Program-made: the position numbers and the translations under genes
Source of the DNA: Octopus vulgaris
Taxonomy: Eukaryota
DNA: 64,000 nt
Direction: 5' to 3'
Assembly (NCBI GenBank): GCA_951406725.2
Contig: OX597831.1
Location: 48,050,001-48,114,000, forward strand
Shown: positions 54,611-64,000 of the stretch, one piece after another
Numbering within the stretch: position 1 is the first letter of the stretch
Layout of the letters: every line of letters starts with the position of its first letter
The notes under the pieces: model-generated
What the model saw: only the letters and a program-made list of their open reading frames with translations
The model's database searches: none
What the model was told of the DNA's origin: nothing

Positions 54611-55505
54611 TTTTATTATTTTACTTGTTTCAGTTATTTGATTGTGGCCATACTGGAGCACCTCCTTGAAGGGTTCTTGTCAAACAAATTGACTCCAGGG
54701 CTTATATTTTTTTAAGCGTAGTACTTATTCTGTTGGTCTCTTTTGCCAAATTGCTAAGTTACAGGGAAGTAAACACACCAACACCAGTGGTTAAGTAGTG
54801 GTGGAGGGACAATCACAGACACAAAGACAAAAACACATAGCTATGTATACATACATACATTCATTCATACACGCATACCTATCTATCTATCTTTCCTATC
54901 TATCTATTTATCGATCTGACCGCGTGTGTATTGTTAGCAATTTTCTTTCTCTGTCTTCCCTTCTTTGGACTTTTTCTTTTTTCTATAATTCTGATGAAGA
55001 GCTCCGCTCGAAATGTGATATCCTCCTTCTTTCTTTCCTTTCCTGAGCGTCCAATAACACTATACTTGTTCCACGTCCTCGCGTTGTTGTGTTTTCTCTT
55101 TGTTCATATTTGGATCAACTATATATATATATATATGTTTGTGTGTGTGTGTGTATACATATGGCATGTAAAAAGTACCCACTACATTCTTGGAGTGGTT
55201 GGTATTAGAAAGGGCATCCAGCTGTAGAAATGTTGCCAGATCAGATTGGAGTCTGGTGCAGCCTCCTGGCTTGCCAGTCCCCAGTCAAACCGTCCAACCC
55301 ATGCCAGCGTGGAAAGCAGACGTTAAAGGATGATGATGATGATGATGACAGGATTTTTTCAGTTTCTGTCTACCAAATCCATTCCCAAAGCTTTGGTCAG
55401 CCTGAACCTACAGCAGAAGACACTTGCCCAAGTTGCTACACAGTGGGACTGAACCCAAAACTATGTGGTTGGTAAGCAAGCTTCTTACCACTCAGCCACG
55501 CCTGA
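54611..55505 (-). mobile_element. SINE family A interrupted by a hammerhead insert and an RTE-tail insert
   Basis: Tail at 54611-54830 and head at 55350-55505; inserts at about 54905-55120 and 55162-55348 within its microsatellite. Confidence 0.7.
54987..55022 (+). ncRNA. minimal hammerhead, same family as 10728-10763
   Basis: CTGATGA-a-GAGC-tcc-GCTC-GAAA-tg-tga; the downstream ~100 bp are homologous to the reverse complement of 10630-10730; cleavage triplet mutated. Confidence 0.6.
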
Positions 55506-55869
55506 AATTTAAAGGAATCAAATCTTTCCTCACATGGTTATTTAAACAAGCTATTAACGAAGCTTTTACTTCATTCAGTGCACAGTAATTCTTTACAGGG
55601 AATGTAATCCACAGGGATAGGAAACAAGTGCTAGATGTTGTACACTGCAATACAGAGACATGTCTTTCTTCAGATTTGGATACAAAAACACTGTGTGGTG
55701 TTTGACTCTGGCTTTGATCTTTTGAGAGGAGTCAGTAACATAGTACTGGTTATGTACTAGGGTCATTTCAATAAGCTGTGCTCATTCTCTACTGATCTGC
55801 AGCCTTCCGTAACCAAATTTAAAAGTTGTTGTCTTCATCGTCATCCTCCTACTTCTCCTCAGGTTTTCG

Positions 55870-56460
55870 GATTTGACCAAAATATAATTCGGTCAAATCC
55901 AAAATCCCAATTTTTGAGGATAAAATGGATTTGTACTGACATAGTAGGGGATTACTGGAAACATGCAAATGCTTTTGTACGCCATTATGCCAAACGCGGT
56001 TACACTGAATACCAATTAAAGGAAATAGCAAATGTGATAGCTAAGATTAGCAAAGAAAGTCAAACCTTCATGCAGGTAAGCCCTGTTCATTGTGCAACAT
56101 GAGTCAAGTGAATTCCATCAGGGATCATTACAGAAATGCTATGATTTATTCAGAAGGAGGGACATGTAGAAATTCCCGTTTGGTGTACATAACAGAATGT
56201 GCAAATCACAAATTGATTTATGCAGGTTGAACTACAGAACAATTAAACAAAAGATTTAATGGGTACAGATATGATGTCAGGCACAATGACAATAGTTCGA
56301 CAAAACTTGCCAAACATTTTGTTTTCAAATGGCTGCAATTTTGAAAATGATTTGAAAGTGCATATTCTCAGAAAATATTCTGAATCTGCAAAACTTTCAA
56401 TACTCAAAATGCATGAGGAGAAATATATTTGCAGGTTATTAACATCGCACACTGTATAAT
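55870..56460 (+). pseudogene. Penelope-like element remnant: RT thumb, Cys-rich linker and GIY-YIG endonuclease
   Basis: IIRSNPKSQFLRIKWIC..HANAFVRHYAKRGY; GKPCSLC; TCRNSRLVYITECANHKLIYAG*TTEQLNKRFNGYRYD..LAKHF; DLKVHIL..HEEKYICRLLT. Contains stops, frameshifts and an internal deletion. Confidence 0.8.
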
Positions 56461-57336
56461 AAAAGAGATGAATCATGTTTCTGAAATGTTCTTTACACAT
56501 TAATTCTATCGTATATTTTATCTTCTCTCATAATTATTTCAGTCAGAAGACTGTGGCCATGCTGGAGTACAACCTTGAAGAGTTTAAAAAACAAATCAGC
56601 TCCCATTGTAATTATTCAATCAATCTCTTTTGCCTGTCATTCTCAAATGATGATGGTGTGGTGCGACAACCACAAACACGGATAGACAGACAAACAGACA
56701 GACAGGCACACACACACACACACATTTTAAAATCTTTTATCGTTTCCTTGTTTCAGTCACTGGCCTGTGGCCAAGCTGGGGCATTGCCTTGAAGGGTTTT
56801 AGTTGAAAAAAATTGACTCCCTCTACCCAGTCCTTTTTTTTAAAGCCTGATTCTTAATCTCTCAGCCTCTTTTGTCAACCAACTAAGTTATGGTGACATA
56901 AACTAGCCAATACCAGTTGTCATATGGTGGAGGAGATAAATACAAAGACATATGCACATACATACAAGCATACATACATAAAAACACATGCACACACACA
57001 TGTATATACATATATAGAAACACTCATGCTGGTCCATGTACAGAGCACTTGTGCCAGTCCATGTAGAAATTCTCATGCTGATCCACATAAAAATACCTGT
57101 GCTCATCCATGTACAAAGTGCCTGTGCTGGTGCCACATTAAAAATATCCAGCACACTCTGTAAAGTGGTTGGCATTGTGAAGGGTATCCAGTTGTAGAAA
57201 CAAGGCCAAATCAGACTGGAATCTGATACAACTCTCCAGCTTGTCAGCTCTGGTCAATCTGTCCAAACCATGTCAGCATGAGAAACAGACATTAAATGAC
57301 GATGATTATACACACACACACAGATACACACACACA

Positions 57337-57932
57337 TGGATCTAGGACTTTTCTCCTAAAACATTTCAGTCTAATGCACTATGGTCTAAAGAACTTTGGT
57401 ATAAATATAAAAAATAAATTTTCTTTCTCAAGCCATACCAGGCTCATAAGGGCCAGTTTCCTGGATTCAGTGGCATAGAAATTCCCCACCTGGATGGGAC
57501 GCCGGTCCGTCGCAGGATTACTCATTTTTGCCAGCTGATTGTACTGGAGCAACGTGAAAATGAAGTGTTTTGCTCAAAAACACAACGCATCACCCGGTCC
57601 AGGAATTGGAACCACAACCTTACAATCATGAGTTCAACACCCTAACCACTAAGCCACATGCCTCCACTTGGAATAAATATATTATTGTCTAAAGAGATTT
57701 TAGTCTAAATACCCTTTAGTATAAAGACATTTTTATCTAAACTCACTTTGGTCTAATAACTATTTTGTCTACAGAATCTCAAAGAAACAATGTAAAAGAT
57801 CTAAATAACTATACTCTAATAATCCTTTTTGTCTTTAGACAAAAATGCTTAGATGAAAGTGTCTTTAGATGAAAATTCTTTGAGACCAAAGTGTTTTAGA
57901 CTAAAGTGGTTAAGACAAAAGTGCCATATTCC
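57337..57932. mobile_element. foldback-like element with ~15-bp subrepeats, interrupted by a SINE
   Basis: Left (acatttcagtctaa-like)n, right inverted (ttagactaaagtg-like)n; family D SINE at 57415-57668 with flanks gg(t/a)ataaatata. Confidence 0.6.
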
Positions 57933-58317
57933 ATACATGCTCAGACCCCCTTCGGTCATGACTCACCATGGGATTGCACCTAGGAAGTTACCCTCCCAGG
58001 CACAAGTCCAGTTAAGGTTGTTTATGGAAGGCCAGCAGTTGCCCATGTATACCGGCCACCACTCTCCATGCCACCAGTGTTATCCAAAGGAAAGGCAAAG
58101 GCCTATACAGCTTGACACCTGCAACATTGCAATTCATTTCTACAGCTGAGTTAACTGGAGCAATGAGAAACAAAGTGTCTTGCTCAAGAACACAACATGT
58201 AGCCCGGTCCAGGATTTGAACTCACAACCTCAAGATCGTAAGCTCGACTCTCCAACCACTGAGCCATGCACTTTCACATACACACACACACATACACACA
58301 CACACAAACACACACAT

Positions 58318-58484
58318 AGGCATGTGAGTGGCTGTGTGGTAAGTAGCTTGCTAATGAACCACATGGTTCCAGGTTCAATCTCACTATGTGGCACCTTAGG
58401 CAAGTGTCTTCTACTATAGCCTCATGCCGACCAAAGCTTCTGTGAGTGGATTTGGTAGACAGAAACTGAAAGAAGCCCTTCGTA

Positions 58485-58561
<77 letters not shown>

Positions 58562-58770
58562 ATATGTATGTGTGTCTGTGTTTATCCCCCAAACATTGCT
58601 ATATGCTGGTGTGTTTACTTCCCCGTAACTTAGCGGTTTGGAAAAAGAGACCGATAGAATAAGTACTAGGCTTACAAAGAATAAGTCCTGGGATCGATTT
58701 GGTCGACTAAAGGTGGTGCTCCAGCATGGCAACAGTCAAATGACTGAAACAAGTAAAAGAGTAAAGAGTA
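58318..58770 (+). mobile_element. SINE family A
   Basis: Full-length match. Confidence 0.85.
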
Positions 58771-59488
58771 TATATATCCTTACACATGCTATTATTGAAC
58801 TTGGAGCTTAACTGTGGTCCTACCATAGCACTTACATAGCCTCACCTGCCTTTTAGGTCGTCTGAATACCAAAACATCTCATATTATTATATACATACAC
58901 ACATACACTCACACATACACACACATACTCACATGCACACACTCACACACACACACACACACACATACATTTTCTACGACCACAATGTCTTTTCTGAGCC
59001 AGTCACACGACAAATATTTGGATTGTGTGTATTTATCAGTGCTTTTCATATGCATTATATATGCAAGTACTTGCATGGAGTTTTTAAAATATGTGTACAT
59101 ATTCGTGCATATACATAGACTTCACGATGAACATAAGAGTTTGTATGTACATTTGAGCATGTGTGTGTGTGTGTCTGTGTGTGTGTCTGTATTTCAGAAT
59201 ATATGTATATGTATTGGTGTGTTCATTAATTTACACATTGCTATTATTCTGTGTATTTATCATTTATAGAAGTGTGCAGATATGTATCTACATATATATG
59301 TGTGTGCATGCACACATGTGTGTGTATGTGGGTATATATATCAGTGTATGTTTCTCTTGTTTGTGTTTGTATGAATGTGTCTAAGTGTATGCACACATAA
59401 TTTACCTTCCATAATATCATACAAAATATCTTAGAATCAAGGTCTAACTTTGAAATAGTTTTACAACATACATCTTTGTTTAGACATT

Positions 59489-59566
59489 TATTACATATTC
59501 TGATATGCTGAATATAAACTATATATGTATGTGTGTGTGTGTATACATACATACATACATATATAC

Positions 59567-59610
<44 letters not shown>

Positions 59611-59898
59611 TCTTCCTCTCTTCCAAGTCCAACCAATTTTACTTTATGTATTGTATTTTTTATTTATATCTTCTGCATTGTTTTCCCTCATATGCACGTG
59701 TTCTCCTATATCATTGCCACAACCATTTATTTTCATATCTAATAGGTGCTCATATATCTTGAGAGCTGAATACACGTTATATATACATATATCTCCTGCC
59801 ATATAATTACTGTCATATGTATGTGTGTATCGATATATGCACATGTGTATATATATGTGTGTGTATATATCTATGTATGTATGTGTGTATGTATATAT

Positions 59899-59989
<91 letters not shown>

Positions 59990-60146
59990 ATATGTTGTGT
60001 GTATATATTTATATATATATATATACTTACATGTATGTATATATAAGTATGTGTGCATGTGTATACATACATATAAGTATATATGTATGTATACACACAC
60101 CCACATACATATATAGTTTATATTCAGCATATCAGAATATGTAATA
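59489..60146. repeat. ~70-bp near-perfect inverted repeat with ~520-bp spacer
   Basis: tattacatattctgatatgctgaatataaactatatatgtatgtg at 59489; its reverse complement ends at 60146. Confidence 0.85.
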
Positions 60147-60227
60147 TATGCATGTGTGTGTGTGTTTGTGCACACACACATTTCTGTGCATACTTCCATA
60201 CCGTTCTTTTTCGCAAAAGTAACAATA

Positions 60228-60259
<32 letters not shown>

Positions 60260-60260
60260 C

Positions 60261-60301
<41 letters not shown>

Positions 60302-60326
60302 CAGCAGCAGTAGTAATTATTTATTA

Positions 60327-60379
<53 letters not shown>

Positions 60380-60860
60380 CTGGAGCCTTGAGCAGTGTTG
60401 GACCAGACATCATATGACCTGTCACATTGTTCACGATATCAAAATCTATTAATCATATCTCACTCTCCCATCTCGAGTCTTTGTATAGGCATCTGATAGG
60501 AAGAATGTTGAAAATAATTAATTTTCTATTTTCTATTTTTATTTCTTCTTATTTTTACAACTGAGTTGAAATGGCAAATTTTAAGGAATTTTATTTATGC
60601 AAAACATACATACTTTGACCCCTTTCTAAACTTTGACAACTTTGCCCAAAAGTAACCAATATGATTATGTGTCTAAAGGTTTGACAAGGCGTATAGATTA
60701 TAAGATTATAATAAATCATCATGTGCATGATTGACATTGGAAATCAAAATGATGATCTGCATAATTATTCGTAATACGCTCTGGCAGATTGCTATATGAA
60801 TATGCTAATCATTGTTGTGTTTCATTACAGAACAGTTTCTCCTTCTTCTTTTATATCTTA

Positions 60861-61255
60861 CTAGCAGTATCGCCCGGCGTTGCTCGGGTTTGTAAGGGAA
60901 ATAACTATAAAGCATTTTTAGAGTTATAGCCAAAAAATAGCAAAAAATGCATTAAAAATGGGAAAAAAATTATGGTAAATTTTTTTTTAAATCGTTGACT
61001 CATCGTAGACATTTTTAGAGAGTTACTTCCCTTATATAATAACGAAGAAAATGCATTAAAATGGAAAAAAATGATGGTAAATTATTTTTGAAATCGTAGA
61101 CTCATCGTAGATGTGTGCTAATACCCAGAAGGGCTTGATATGAATCACGACTATAAGATACCCAGTTTTGGTTAAACTGCACCGCAAAATGTGGGAGTAG
61201 TTAGGAATCTAAATCGTAGGAGACAGACACACAACCTTACTTTTATATATAAAGA
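60861..61255 (-). mobile_element. non-autonomous Helitron, same termini as 49186-49698
   Basis: ctagcagtatcgcccggcgttgctcggg...ttttatatataaaga; shared 5' and 3' parts but a different interior. Confidence 0.9.
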
Positions 61256-61490
61256 TTTGTGTCAGTCGCTGGACTATGGCCATGCTGGGACAGTACTTCT
61301 GAAGTTTAGTCAAACAGACTGATCTCAATACATTTTTTTTGTTTGTTTAAATCTGGTATTTTTTCTCTTTTGGTTTTTGTTATGTTTTTTTTTTTGTTTT
61401 GCTGAACTGCTATGCTACAGTGACATGAACAAACCAACACTGGTTCACAAGTGGTGGTGGGTTCAAACACAAACAGAATGACACATGCAC

Positions 61491-61545
<55 letters not shown>

Positions 61546-61555
61546 CATACATACA

Positions 61556-61587
<32 letters not shown>

Positions 61588-62886
61588 GGCAATTATACAG
61601 ATAAACAAATTAAATATAACAGCTTGGGTTTAATATACAATACATACATACATCATCATCATCATCATTTAATTTCTGCTTTCCATGCTAGCATGGGTTG
61701 GACGATTTGACTGAGGACTGGCAAACCAGATGGCTGCACCAGGCTCCAATCTGATCTGGCAGAGTTCCTACAGCTGGATGCCCTTCCTAATGCCAACCAC
61801 TCCGAAAGTATGGTAGGTGCTTTTACATGCCACCGGCACAAGGGCCAGTCAGGTGGTACTGGCAACACTGTAATCTTCCCAGGAATACAGACTGTGAACT
61901 TAAGAGACATGTGAATTGTGGAAACGTGTGTAGTGATGCATTAAATGGTGTCATTTACTTGCAGTTCCTAATGAAATTATGTCCAGGCTGTCTGCAGTTT
62001 GATAGACTAGGAGATTATTGTCTTATCTGGCAACAGGCAAGGTTGACATTAAGAAGGGTATCCGATCCAAAATGACTCCTTCCCAACACACTCTCAGCTA
62101 ATCCTGCAAGCAGACACGTCTTATAAGCTTGTTATTTATTCTATCAGTCTCTTTTGTTTATCAGTCTTAACTGACGATGGAGGTGGGCACAAACACACAT
62201 GCACACAAACACCCACACACACCACACATGCACACGTGCACACACACACATTGACACACACACACACACACACTACATGCATTGAGAAGCAAATGTGATG
62301 AGGATGGCAACAATGATGATGGTGGTGGTGGCGGCGATGGTGGTGTGGGAGACGGTGGTGGTGGTGGTGATGGTCTGTTATTTGCCTATAACATACTGTG
62401 GTGTTTCTGTGATAATGTCAATGTGAGAGATTTTTTTTTGTTTTTGTTTTTGAGGGATTCTATACTTTAATAATTTAATTTGACCTTTTGATTTTTTTAG
62501 TGTCTGTTTGTAATACTTCCACATTGTAACTTTTTATAACCCAAGTTCAGCTGGGAATATTTATGATCATTTGTCATTTGAATCTTGACCAAAGGGAATA
62601 AACCTTTCTTACTATACAGGTTTTACACTGGTTGTAGTTCTTGCCTAACCCCAGAGCAGTCTTAATCGAGAAAACCTAGGCTTGAATGCATTTGAACTGT
62701 CACTATATATATTTGTAAGGTTATACTGAACTCATAGCCAGATTTACAGGATCTGGAGAGGGCAAAAAGGGCAATGGCCTTGGGCATCTCAGATATTGAG
62801 GGCTCTCTACTACATACACAGAACTCACATTTCCTGATCCCAACATTCTTGCATGAAGGGGCCCTCTATCAATATACAAACATATA

Positions 62887-63105
62887 TGAAGAGATGGTGA
62901 AAAGTTCTTGGTTTTGAGTAAAAGAAAACTCTGATAGATCAGTTAATTATGATTTTATTCAACATATTCCCCTCTCAGATTCACACACTTATTGCAGCAG
63001 TCCTTCAGTTTTTCAAAGCCCAGTAAAAGAACTTGGAAGGTTGGACTTCCGACCAGGCCTTTTGTGCAACACCATTAATGCCAGGAGCTTTTCAGCTTCC
63101 CCTCA
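62887..63105. mobile_element. mariner-type MITE
   Basis: TA-flanked imperfect TIRs tgaagagatggtgaaaagttcttgg / ccaggagcttttcagcttcccctca. Confidence 0.7.
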
Positions 63106-64000
63106 TATATTGACTTCTTTAAAAATGTATCAGATTCTCTTTTATGATAATTAACCACTGTTTTTTTTTGTGTGTGTTAATGATACCAATTTATGCAATC
63201 AAAAAGCAGCTAGCTACCCAGTCCCAAAAGTAACTAAAATTTCTTAGGGAATATTGAAATAAACAGAGAAAAGAAAAAAAAAAACAAAAAGGCAAAAGAG
63301 AAAAAAAGAAAAAACAAACACTCCTGTACTATTTATTATTAATGTATATGTTGTGTGTGTGGGTATATATATATATATATATGCTCATACATTTATGTGC
63401 ACGCACACACACACACATACATGTGTGTTTATGTATATGTATCCATATATAAAATGATAGATAGAAAGGGAGAGCAATAAAGAGACAGATAGAAAGTAGT
63501 AGTCTCTTGTTCAGATTCTCATAGGTCTTTCTTCTGTGAATGACCAAATCAAAAACCTGGCAATGACAACTTGCAATTAAAGACACACAGTCATGCATGC
63601 ACACATATTGCCATTCCTAAACTGCAGCATCATTTATGAGAGAACAAGTAAGTACTTGTTTATATATTGCAAAATTGGAATTTTTAATTTAGTTTAAATT
63701 ATATAATTACATCTCACAACAGTTAAAACAGATTTTTCTTTAGTTCTGGAATTATAACATATATGTACAAATTTCTTTTTCCTTAAACCTAATCTTTTCC
63801 TTTATTTTTTCCTCTATAATTTCATCATTTTGTACTATTCTACTTTATCAAGCACTTGAATTACTATACTGTATTGGAAACTGGAAAGACATTTCTCCAA
63901 ACTTCTATATTTTTCAGGGATAAGTTTTCAACACTCTCAACCGTCCCAGAGAGGGATGATCTTTTAACGAAGTCGAATAACACTAGAATTTTTTTTATTC

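Noticed and set aside
55510-55800. Inverted PLE RT fragment on the minus strand (LYPNL, LIEMTLVHN)
   Set aside because: The motifs are short and in the wrong order; this could be chance.

Overview
This is AT-rich eukaryotic DNA, dense in microsatellites and repeats. The SINE/LINE repertoire looks like a cephalopod, probably Octopus (inference). I could not support any host protein-coding exon, and most listed ORFs are translations of (TA)n, (CA)n, (TAA)n or (GAT)n tracts. Recognisable content: a 5'-truncated, frameshifted R4/Dong-like RLE non-LTR retrotransposon (51.8-54.4 kb) plus 3' stubs of two related families, mostly in (TAA)n tracts; RTE-clade LINE fragments; a Penelope-like (PLE) RT-thumb/GIY-YIG remnant (55.9-56.5 kb); Tc1/mariner, hAT and Helitron derivatives; and many tRNA-derived SINEs. 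The most interesting signal is a dispersed set of short non-coding inserts carrying minimal type I hammerhead ribozyme cores. Several are long inverted repeats, two have exact 13-bp target-site duplications, and the cores include C3-G8, U3-A8 and G3-U8 variants. One of these palindromes was later invaded by the R4/Dong element.
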